DNA of 64,000 bases from an uncultured virus (IMG/VR IMGVR_UViG_3300017714_000003) (Duplodnaviria; Heunggongvirae; Uroviricota; Caudoviricetes). The stretch's first letter is position 1, and each line of letters starts with the position of its first letter. This document shows positions 28,317-36,202 of the stretch, piece after piece. The position numbers were made by a program, and so were the translations under genes. The notes beneath the pieces are model-generated. The model was not told the DNA's origin. It did no database searches and saw nothing but the letters and a program-made list of their open reading frames with translations. The DNA is taken from the IMG/VR virus record IMGVR_UViG_3300017714_000003; one strand, 5' to 3'.

Positions 28317-29761
28317 TAGTAATTTACCTTATCTATTGTAAAAGGATACTGAGCATCCTTATAATATTTTTTACGTTCTGTTAAATGGCGTCTACTAAAT
28401 TTACATCTGCTAGTTACATCCCAAACATTAACAAAATCTTTATCTTTTGCAATACGTACACCTCGTCCTATTGATTGTATTACTCTTACAAAACTTTTGC
28501 CTGGCTCAAGCAAAACCAGATTAAATATTCTTGGAATATTAATTCCCACTGCGGCGACACCGTAAGTCGCAATAGTTATTGAGTTAGTTGCTTGATTTAT
28601 TTCATCGTATGCATCTTTTCTATCAACTACTTTCATTGATCCCTGAACGAATTCAGAACCGTCTAATAGTTCCTGTAACATATTTCCGTTACTAATTCTA
28701 CCAGTTAGAACCAATGTGTTACCTGATTTAGCTATATCTCTAATCATATTTGACACATACTGCATACGTTTTTTATCTTCTAATAAAAACTTTAGTTCAC
28801 TCTGATAATCCCCATATTCTGCCGTTTCTGCCGTCTGTACAATATTGACATGACATTTAGCAAGTACTCCTTGGTCTTGTAATTCTTTAGCCGCAAGTTT
28901 ATGAATAACTTCTCCTAAAGAACTTCTTAATGAAGCTGATTCCCAATCACTCTTTGGTATCGTTCCCGTTAGTCCCCAACGAATTGGCATATTAGCAAAA
29001 ACACCTGTAAGTAAATCTTTCAATACATCTGCCTTTGCCTGATGAACCTCATCAACCATAACACAGATTACGTCTTCAATAAAATCTTGTATATTAGCCT
29101 CTCCGGCTTTACTTCTTTTTAATAATGAATTCAAACTTTGCCAAGTACAGATTGTATGTGTTTTACCGATATCTTTTTTATCACCAAAATATACACCTAC
29201 ATCTAATCCACAGTTTTCATAATCTTCAAATGTCTGCCTAACTAAATCTTTATTTGGCACAATAACTATACTACGTCCATATTGTTCTACTAGACTAGAT
29301 AAAGTAGCAGTTATTATCGTCTTTCCTGCGCCTGTGGCGACCTCTTGTAAGCATTGAGGGTGTTCTATGAACTTATTGACTATATCTACCTGATAGTCTC
29401 TTAAACGTATGTTTTGGCCCTCTTGTATGTGTCCAGCTGGCCATACTGCATCACCCCAATAATCTTCCTTAACTTGAGTAAACTCTAGGTTGTGTAACTG
29501 GCGGTCATCATCAATCTTTACTTCATATCCTTCTTCCATAATTACAGGCAAGATATCATCAAGTAAATTTAAAAATGTACGACCACCAACATCACAGAAT
29601 CTAACTGTACCATCCCAACGACCAAGTTTATAAGCTGGCATATGATAAGCATGTGGTAAAAAGAATTTGAGTTTATTAGAACACTTTCTACGTGTACCAG
29701 GATCCAAACCTTCCAACTTAATGTTTACTTCGTCCTTAATTTTGATGATACATTCTTTCAT
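28316..29761 (-). CDS. uvsW: UvsW-like SF2 DNA helicase
   Basis: WDG, LRDYQ, ATGAGKT, VDEVH, GLTGT, QSIGRGVR. Confidence 0.92.
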   Translation of the reverse strand: MKECIIKIKDEVNIKLEGLDPGTRRKCSNKLKFFLPHAYHMPAYKLGRWDGTVRFCDVGGRTFLNLLDDILPVIMEEGYEVKIDDDRQLHNLEFTQVKEDYWGDAVWPAGHIQEGQNIRLRDYQVDIVNKFIEHPQCLQEVATGAGKTIITATLSSLVEQYGRSIVIVPNKDLVRQTFEDYENCGLDVGVYFGDKKDIGKTHTICTWQSLNSLLKRSKAGEANIQDFIEDVICVMVDEVHQAKADVLKDLLTGVFANMPIRWGLTGTIPKSDWESASLRSSLGEVIHKLAAKELQDQGVLAKCHVNIVQTAETAEYGDYQSELKFLLEDKKRMQYVSNMIRDIAKSGNTLVLTGRISNGNMLQELLDGSEFVQGSMKVVDRKDAYDEINQATNSITIATYGVAAVGINIPRIFNLVLLEPGKSFVRVIQSIGRGVRIAKDKDFVNVWDVTSRCKFSRRHLTERKKYYKDAQYPFTIDKVNY

Positions 29762-29764
29762 TTA

Positions 29765-30106
29765 TTAATCCATATAATCTGAATACATATAGTTTAGATA
29801 TGCATGACCGTCTTCCGTTAATCTGTCAGGAGTCCAAGCAGGGTTAAACGTTACTTCTACTTGACAATCTATTACATCCTCTACTGTTAACGCCGCTCCT
29901 TTTACATCATTTACTATCATGTCCGCGGCAGGACAAAAAGCACTGGTTAGAGACATTAATATATTACAATACTTTTTAGTATCAGGCATTTCTCCAACGT
30001 TTACTTCGTAAATTAATCCAAGATTATAAACATCACAATCCATTTCAGGGTCGTGAACGCCTTTAAGATTCTCTATAATCTTTTGTTTTGTTTCTTCTAT
30101 ATTCAT
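29765..30106 (-). CDS. DUF59/SufT-like Fe-S cluster assembly factor
   Basis: VHDPE..DVYNLGLIY, MSLTSAFCPAA, FNPAWT; promoter TTGCAT-17-TATAAT at 30116-30144. Confidence 0.85.
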   Translation of the reverse strand: MNIEETKQKIIENLKGVHDPEMDCDVYNLGLIYEVNVGEMPDTKKYCNILMSLTSAFCPAADMIVNDVKGAALTVEDVIDCQVEVTFNPAWTPDRLTEDGHAYLNYMYSDYMD

Positions 30107-30154
30107 GATGTTTAAATTATAGCATGTTTCGAAAGAAAATGCAATAGTAGATAT

Positions 30155-30198
30155 AAAAAAAGACGGTATTAGGCGAGTGAGAGAAACCTAATACCGTC
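30155..30198 (-). terminator. rho-independent terminator
   Basis: 12-bp stem GACGGTATTAGG/CCTAATACCGTC followed by a T-run on the minus strand. Confidence 0.8.
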
Positions 30199-30231
30199 CC
30201 GGTTTTAACTAAGATGGCTCTTAGTTAACTG

Positions 30232-31239
30232 TTAAGCCGCTGACCTCTTCATACAAGTTGACTCGGCTAAACTCTTCCATCTATCTCCTGACTTAGACAT
30301 ATTTCTAAGGTCTGCAATTTTCTGAGCCATTCTCAAAGAAACTTCTCTCAGTTTCTTTTGATTCTCAACCATGAAATCGATAATCTCAACTTCTTGATCC
30401 TTAGTAAGACCTTTAGTATCAAATAAACCACCGTCTCTAGCAATCTGTTTGATTCTCAAAATCTTATCTCTTGCAGTGTCCATAGTCAAATCAAGATAGT
30501 GACACCTTGAAAGAATTGCTTCCAAGTGGTCTTTGATTTTGTTACCTTTAACTTTATCAAATTTCAAGTTAGTGATAAAGATAACTGAACCTTTGAATTC
30601 GAAAGTATCAGGAACACCTTCCCTTCTTAAGAAATGCGAGTCAGAGTTCCAAGAAATCTTCCTCTTCTTACCACTATCAAGAGCGGCCTTAAGAATGTTT
30701 AGTGCATCCTCATTAAAAAGAATACTATCACAATCGTCTAGTACTACGATACTCTTTGGATCAGAGTATTTGTAAAGTGTAGAGTAAAGACCAATCGCAG
30801 ACATTGTACCTTTTACAAAAGTATGTCTAAGAGGCTTATCAGCCATCATATCAAAGATTGAATCTTTCTCAAGTACTTGCTCAACACCATATGTTTTACC
30901 AACACCTGGAGGGCCTGAAACTACCATACCTCTAACAACACCATCGATTGTTGCCTCGGTCATTTCATCAAGAATTGCAAACCTTTCTGCAATCCTATTC
31001 ATTGCATCATCATCAGACTCGTTGATTGATTCAACAGTACCTTCAGAAACTTTTACATTTTCTGGGTTAACTTTAACTCTAATTTTAGAACTTTTAAACT
31101 TAGTGTCCTCAGCATTAACAGTAATAAACCAACTACCGTCTTTAGCTTGTTTAAGTTCCTGCACTACGGGAAACGCACCTTCTACAGATTGATTTCTGTA
31201 TGTGCCTTTTTCAATTTGTGCTACTATGTTCTCACTCAT
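30232..31239 (-). CDS. AAA+ ATPase
   Basis: SGPPGVGKT, VLDDCD, FITN, SRC; start at 31239 after AAGGAG. Confidence 0.85.
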   Translation of the reverse strand: MSENIVAQIEKGTYRNQSVEGAFPVVQELKQAKDGSWFITVNAEDTKFKSSKIRVKVNPENVKVSEGTVESINESDDDAMNRIAERFAILDEMTEATIDGVVRGMVVSGPPGVGKTYGVEQVLEKDSIFDMMADKPLRHTFVKGTMSAIGLYSTLYKYSDPKSIVVLDDCDSILFNEDALNILKAALDSGKKRKISWNSDSHFLRREGVPDTFEFKGSVIFITNLKFDKVKGNKIKDHLEAILSRCHYLDLTMDTARDKILRIKQIARDGGLFDTKGLTKDQEVEIIDFMVENQKKLREVSLRMAQKIADLRNMSKSGDRWKSLAESTCMKRSAA

Positions 31240-31267
31240 ATGTTCACTCCTTTGTGTGTTAATTTTC

Positions 31268-31311
31268 ATTATGTATATACTATAACACGATTCGCTATAT
31301 TGTCAAGTTTT
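31268..31311 (-). promoter_or_regulatory. early promoter repeat, copy 1 (GANTC in spacer)
   Basis: TTGACA-atatagcGAATCgtgt-TATAGT; 39/44 identical to 32784-32827. Confidence 0.8.
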
Positions 31312-31942
31312 GGACAACATTATTATTTGTTGATTTTTGTGCGGTTTTTCTACCTGCGGTTTGTCCATCACCAGATTTCCAAGTTTTATAGTTATGACAA
31401 CAAGCACATAAAGTCTGAAAATTAGACCCATCTAATGGTTCATTATATGGATGGCCGTCTATATGGTCAACTTGTAACATTGGTTGTGGGAAGCCATAAT
31501 CTACTAACCACTTTGTTCCCTTAGGAAGGGGCGGGTCGTAATGTATATAAGTTGTACAATTAAACCCAATAGGACTTCTATCTGATAACATTCCTTTACC
31601 ATTTATATTATCACATGCAGGTTTTCTCCACGTTAAATGAAATGGGACTCCTCCGTGTTTTTCGCAGTATTGAGAAAACTTTAAATTACCATGATGGTCT
31701 GTTCCTAATAGTGTTACTTTTTTCCTACAGTTTTTTATACAACAAGTAGGATATTGACTTTTAGATAAATTAGCTGATAAATTTTGAAAATTCTTTCTAC
31801 GTATCGTATGACACTTACCACAATATTTACGCCAGACTGGCTTAGCCGCTGATGCAGTATTGTGTGCCAAATTATCACAACCCTCTGTTAAACAAAACGG
31901 GCGTGGAACCGAATACGTATCTCCTTTACATGCAGGCATCAT
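31295..31942 (-). CDS. HNH endonuclease with Cys-rich repeats
   Basis: LQVDHIDG..N..SNFQTLCACCHNYKT; several CxxC/CxxH. Confidence 0.75.
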   Translation of the reverse strand: MMPACKGDTYSVPRPFCLTEGCDNLAHNTASAAKPVWRKYCGKCHTIRRKNFQNLSANLSKSQYPTCCIKNCRKKVTLLGTDHHGNLKFSQYCEKHGGVPFHLTWRKPACDNINGKGMLSDRSPIGFNCTTYIHYDPPLPKGTKWLVDYGFPQPMLQVDHIDGHPYNEPLDGSNFQTLCACCHNYKTWKSGDGQTAGRKTAQKSTNNNVVQNLTI

Positions 31943-32196
31943 AATCTCCGTTCTATTTCTTCCAATTGTTTAAGATGCTTGTTGTGATTATCACGTATCA
32001 CTACGTAATCTTTCCAACTTGCATAATTATGACTATCAGGTCCATGCATATTGTTACGCATACTTGCACTGGAACTTGCTAGTCCCTCACCGAAAGGCCA
32101 CCATTCTAAAATCTCTTTAGTGTCTTCCTTGTATACCAAATATACCGGAATATTTTTAGAGACAGCCTCTTCTAAAGTTTGGTTCTTCAAATTCAT
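31939..32196 (-). CDS. hypothetical protein
   Basis: 85-aa ORF, ATGA-coupled at its start and overlapping the HNH start. Confidence 0.6.
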   Translation of the reverse strand: MNLKNQTLEEAVSKNIPVYLVYKEDTKEILEWWPFGEGLASSSASMRNNMHGPDSHNYASWKDYVVIRDNHNKHLKQLEEIERRL

Positions 32197-32333
32197 TTCT
32201 TCTTTTCCACTTCTTGTTCGATAACATATGTTACTTTATCGATTTTACCACTAGCAAAATATGATAGAGCATCTTTCCAGTCGGAACAATATGCTACAAC
32301 TTCACCAGTCTCTTTCACCTTTACTATGTACAT
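32193..32333 (-). CDS. 46-aa hypothetical protein (not in ORF track)
   Basis: MYIVKVKETGEVVAYCSDWKDALSYF...; ATGA overlap with next gene. Confidence 0.6.
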   Translation of the reverse strand: MYIVKVKETGEVVAYCSDWKDALSYFASGKIDKVTYVIEQEVEKKK

Positions 32334-32338
32334 TGAAA

Positions 32339-32761
32339 TTATGCCGCCTTTTGAATATAAGGTTTGTCCCATTTACCAACATTGATGCTTACATAAAATG
32401 CAGTATCAAAGTAGTCAATCATGGCATCTGAGTTATCGTAGTATGCTCTACCGCCTTCAGCTTTAGCAGGAGCAGTATGACAAATTTCTTTTATATCGTC
32501 AAACAACGATGCAAACTTGCCATAAAAATGTGTGTGATAATGATTGATTTGAGAGTATCCATCAAACTTATGAACCCGACCTGAATACTTATCAGTGTGA
32601 TCCATGTCTCCATCATTATAGAAGTCCATTACACCTTCCATAATTGCAACACGAATACCTGTATAATGGTCACGTGTTACTGAGAATTTAATATTCTTAC
32701 CGAACTTTTCTTTTAATGCTTTTCTTACTTCTTTAACTTCGTTAGTTGATATATAAGCCAT
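32339..32761 (-). CDS. early hypothetical protein (LPD29-like)
   Basis: VRKALKEKF..IKFSV, DNSDAMIDYFDTAFY; GAGAGGG RBS. Confidence 0.65.
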   Translation of the reverse strand: MAYISTNEVKEVRKALKEKFGKNIKFSVTRDHYTGIRVAIMEGVMDFYNDGDMDHTDKYSGRVHKFDGYSQINHYHTHFYGKFASLFDDIKEICHTAPAKAEGGRAYYDNSDAMIDYFDTAFYVSINVGKWDKPYIQKAA

Positions 32762-32783
32762 AATGTTTAGTCCCTCTCTTTTG

Positions 32784-32827
32784 ATTATGTATATATAATA
32801 ACACGAATCACTATAATGTCAAGTTTT
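32784..32827 (-). promoter_or_regulatory. early promoter repeat, copy 2 (GANTC in spacer)
   Basis: TTGACA-ttatagtGATTCgtgt-TATTAT. Confidence 0.8.
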
Positions 32828-32836
32828 TCGCCATTT

Positions 32837-33028
32837 TTAGTCTTTATTTTTCGGTATTTTCGCCCATCTATCGATTTTTGTGCCTTTTCTGTTAGTATAT
32901 TCTACTCTTAAATGAGTAAGGCCATCGGGCGCCTTAATTGATTTGAATAGTTTTTTAAGTCCTAAACCTTCTTTTTCTTCTGTAAATTCTTTATCATCAG
33001 TGAATTTCACTTTGATTTTTCTCGTCAT
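32837..33028 (-). CDS. small basic hypothetical protein
   Basis: 63-aa ORF in the early cluster. Confidence 0.55.
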   Translation of the reverse strand: MTRKIKVKFTDDKEFTEEKEGLGLKKLFKSIKAPDGLTHLRVEYTNRKGTKIDRWAKIPKNKD

Positions 33029-33143
33029 AAATCATCTTTGGTTGATTGTTTTGCCCTGGCCAGATGCATTCACACTCATCAAGTGATTGACCACAAATGT
33101 GACAATCGGGCCAATCTGGTGCTTCTTCATCAGGCCAGGGCAT
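32997..33143 (-). CDS. 48-aa Cys-rich microprotein (not in ORF track)
   Basis: MPWPDEEAPDWPDCHICGQSLDECECIWPG...; no clear SD. Confidence 0.45.
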   Translation of the reverse strand: MPWPDEEAPDWPDCHICGQSLDECECIWPGQNNQPKMIYDEKNQSEIH

Positions 33144-33154
33144 TATGTTATGTT

Positions 33155-33472
33155 TTACCCAAACACTTTTTCGTCTGCTAGGGCTCTGTAACCAGCGGCT
33201 ACAACCCTTCTTAGTGGAGCGCCGAGTCTGTACACAGTTTTACCGTGTTTGCTTTTGTTAGCATATACGGCGTAACCTTTCATTCTCAAAGCACTGATAG
33301 TTGCTCTCGGATTAGCAACACCATATCTATTTTTGATAGTTGCTTCCGTCAATGCCTCTCCGTCTTTTAGTGCATTGATTATTCTGTCTTGTTTTGATGT
33401 TTTCATCGTTTCTCCTTTTTCTAATTTAGAAAAAGATTTTTTTGTACTTGTACCGTTTAACCAATTAAACAT
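33155..33472 (-). CDS. winged helix-turn-helix protein
   Basis: IINALKDGEALT..IKNRYGVANPRATISALRMKGY..YRLG; promoter TTGACA-17-TATTCT at 33497-33525. Confidence 0.7.
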   Translation of the reverse strand: MFNWLNGTSTKKSFSKLEKGETMKTSKQDRIINALKDGEALTEATIKNRYGVANPRATISALRMKGYAVYANKSKHGKTVYRLGAPLRRVVAAGYRALADEKVFG

Positions 33473-33567
33473 AAGTACCTCCTTTTCTTAGGATATAGAA
33501 TATCATAAGTTGCATAGTATGTCAAGGAAAAAATATATATTAAAAAGCCGCAAAAATATTGGACTTT

Positions 33568-34206
33568 TTAAGCAGTGGCGTCAGGTAAAGTTACGTTTCT
33601 TCTTTTATTTAACGCAAAAAAGACATGATTTTCTTTTTCATCACCAGAAGATAGTTCATATGAGTCGTATTGTACTACTTCAAAACCTGCACGAATCATA
33701 AACAATCTATAATTATCCGGATGCAATGTAGCATAATATTTGTGTTGATTCGCTGAATGTGGTACTTCTATGTAAGCCCAACCATTGATTTTCATCATTC
33801 TATTGAGTTCTAACATAGTATAAAAAGGCATGTGAGAAAACTGTAATGATTGTCGCATCCATACAATATGAAAATAGTTGTTCATTACTTGATTAAAGTT
33901 ATAATCCATAAGATGCACTTTTAAGTCTTTTGCTTTACATTTATCCCATTCTTCTTTTTCAATAGTAATTCCCTGAACGTTGGTATATCCCAACTCGGAA
34001 AATTTTTCCATAGCATAGCCTTCGTTACAGCCAATATCAAGTATATTGATATCTTTCTTATCTGGATATGAAGCCTGTACAAATGGTGGTAATTGTCTAT
34101 CTATTAGTTTTCTATCTAGTTCAGTTTCTGGTAATCTTGCTACTTCATTAGACATAGCAAATTTGAAATTATTAAGTCTAATCCATTCTTCTGTGAATTC
34201 AGTCAT
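33568..34206 (-). CDS. class I SAM-dependent methyltransferase
   Basis: ILDIGCNEG, ELNRMMKINGWAYIEVP. Confidence 0.8.
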   Translation of the reverse strand: MTEFTEEWIRLNNFKFAMSNEVARLPETELDRKLIDRQLPPFVQASYPDKKDINILDIGCNEGYAMEKFSELGYTNVQGITIEKEEWDKCKAKDLKVHLMDYNFNQVMNNYFHIVWMRQSLQFSHMPFYTMLELNRMMKINGWAYIEVPHSANQHKYYATLHPDNYRLFMIRAGFEVVQYDSYELSSGDEKENHVFFALNKRRNVTLPDATA

Positions 34207-34461
34207 TTAGTCCTCTTTGTTAATAAACATTTCCACTACAGGGTGATTGTTTATAAATCTCATTGTCACTTCATAACTCTGACAGTTATCGTTTTCAACA
34301 TTATGATTGCCGATATCCATCATTATCTTTTGTAGTTTTAAGATAACGTTTTGTTCTACAACCTTTGGTATTAAGCAATAATGAGCATCAGTTTTCGGTG
34401 TTATCGCTACATGGTCTTCTACATCGTATACAATATCACCTATTGCATTTGTGTCAATCAT
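34207..34461 (-). CDS. hypothetical protein
   Basis: ATGA-coupled to nrdB. Confidence 0.6.
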   Translation of the reverse strand: MIDTNAIGDIVYDVEDHVAITPKTDAHYCLIPKVVEQNVILKLQKIMMDIGNHNVENDNCQSYEVTMRFINNHPVVEMFINKED

Positions 34462-35588
34462 AGAGTCATTCCGCCAAATGTCTCTTTATCAACGTCTTGT
34501 TTTACACCACCAATAACATAAGATGAAATCTCTGTCTCTTGAGGTGCAACTTGTACATCAGCACCAGCAATCCATTTTTGTGTCCACGGTAATGGGTTAG
34601 CTTGTGATGTTTTGTATGGGCATTTTAGTCCAACTGCGGTCATACGTTTACAACAAATCCACTCAATATAATCTTCAAGTAGTTTTGCGTTTAGACCAAT
34701 CATCGAACCATCTTTAAATAGATACTCAGCCCATTGTTTTTCTTGTTCTACTGCATCTACAAACATCTTAATACATTCTTCTTCTGTTTCTTTTGCAATC
34801 TTTATGTAATCTGGATCGTCTTTTGGTAGAAGTTTTAGTAGAGTTTGTGTACTTGCTAAGTGTAAGTTTTCGTCACGTGCAATAAGTTTAATAATCTTTG
34901 CATTGCCTTCCATTCTTTTTAGTTCAGCAAACGCCCAACTACAAGCAAATGAAACATAGAAACGAACACCTTCTAAAATGTTTACACTCATAAGAGTTTT
35001 GTATAGAGATTTTTTAATTTCGTATTTACTGATTGCTACTTTTTTACCATTTACTGTATGAGTGCCTTCACCTAGTAAATTATAGTAACCTGTCATTTCA
35101 ATTAATTCATCATAGTTTTTAGAAATATCATCTGCACAATCCATAATCTCATTGATGTCCATCATTTCATCAAAGATTTTTGATGGGTCAGAATACACAT
35201 TTCTAATAATATGTGTGTAAGAACGTGAGTGAATTGTTTCTGAAAATGTCCAAGTTTGAATCCATGCTTCTAGTTCTGGAATAGATACAATCGGACAGAA
35301 TGCCTCGACTGGTGCACGACCTTGTACAGAATCTAAAAGAATTTGTCTCTTTAGATTACTTGTAAAAATATGTTGTTCGTGGGCTGTTAAATTTTTAAAG
35401 TCATTCGCATCCTTAAGAACGTCCACTTCTTCTGGTCTCCAAAAGAAACCTAACTGTTTGTCTGTTAACTTATCAAACTGTTTATACTTTAGCATATCAT
35501 AACGTTGAATTGCTACCCCACCCGATGGGTCTAAAAATGCTAAGGCTTTCGTATGGTCTGCCCTATTGTCGGAATTGAATACTGACAT
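34458..35588 (-). CDS. nrdB: ribonucleotide reductase class Ia beta subunit
   Basis: FFWRPEEVD, ETIHSRSY, EGVRFYVSF, RDENLH, VAPQETEISSY. Confidence 0.96.
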   Translation of the reverse strand: MSVFNSDNRADHTKALAFLDPSGGVAIQRYDMLKYKQFDKLTDKQLGFFWRPEEVDVLKDANDFKNLTAHEQHIFTSNLKRQILLDSVQGRAPVEAFCPIVSIPELEAWIQTWTFSETIHSRSYTHIIRNVYSDPSKIFDEMMDINEIMDCADDISKNYDELIEMTGYYNLLGEGTHTVNGKKVAISKYEIKKSLYKTLMSVNILEGVRFYVSFACSWAFAELKRMEGNAKIIKLIARDENLHLASTQTLLKLLPKDDPDYIKIAKETEEECIKMFVDAVEQEKQWAEYLFKDGSMIGLNAKLLEDYIEWICCKRMTAVGLKCPYKTSQANPLPWTQKWIAGADVQVAPQETEISSYVIGGVKQDVDKETFGGMTL

Positions 35589-35629
35589 TTTATTTCTCTC
35601 TTTCTTATCTTTCTTATTCTGTTTCTTTG

Positions 35630-36202
35630 TCATTTGATTCTAACATAATCAATTAAATCTTCGTTTATTAATTCTCTTTGATAAGATGCAGTTACACAAT
35701 TATCTATTGTATTTACCCTTTTTGTAATAAAATCTAAAGCCGATGGTTCGTCTATATTTGACATTTTGTCTGTTATTTCTAAAATAAAGTGATTGTTTAC
35801 TTCATCACATATTCTATTTAAAACGTACTCAAATAATCCATTACTACTTAAGGTTGTAGATGTATCTTTACCACTAATCCAACTAGATATATGAATAAGC
35901 ATTGCATTTTTATTCATACGTTCAATTAGTTTATCTAAAAATTCATCATAGTCTTTGTGTTCCCTATCTCCTTTAATTTTAAGGTCAACGTATCTAAAGT
36001 CTTCCTTACTATCCATAAACATATTACATATGTTCTGGTCGTGTTTATGTTGTCTACATGTTTTAGACCACACAAAATTAGGTATTGCAGGATTATAATC
36101 TGGTCTGACACAGACCCATCCCACTTTTTCCTCGTCACTCTTAAAAAATGAATAATATTCTGCGATAGTTCCCTTAGCTAATACAGAGTTTATATCTCTC
36201 AT
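35630..36202 (-). CDS. hypothetical protein inserted between nrdA and nrdB
   Basis: ATG 36202 overlaps the nrdA stop (TAATG); no recognisable motif. Confidence 0.6.
   Translation of the reverse strand: MRDINSVLAKGTIAEYYSFFKSDEEKVGWVCVRPDYNPAIPNFVWSKTCRQHKHDQNICNMFMDSKEDFRYVDLKIKGDREHKDYDEFLDKLIERMNKNAMLIHISSWISGKDTSTTLSSNGLFEYVLNRICDEVNNHFILEITDKMSNIDEPSALDFITKRVNTIDNCVTASYQRELINEDLIDYVRIK

Noticed and set aside
33053..33141. Hammerhead ribozyme (stem followed by CTGATGA on the minus strand)
   Set aside because: No GAAA core or stem II/III arrangement follows; CTGATGA is explained by Pro-Asp-Glu codons
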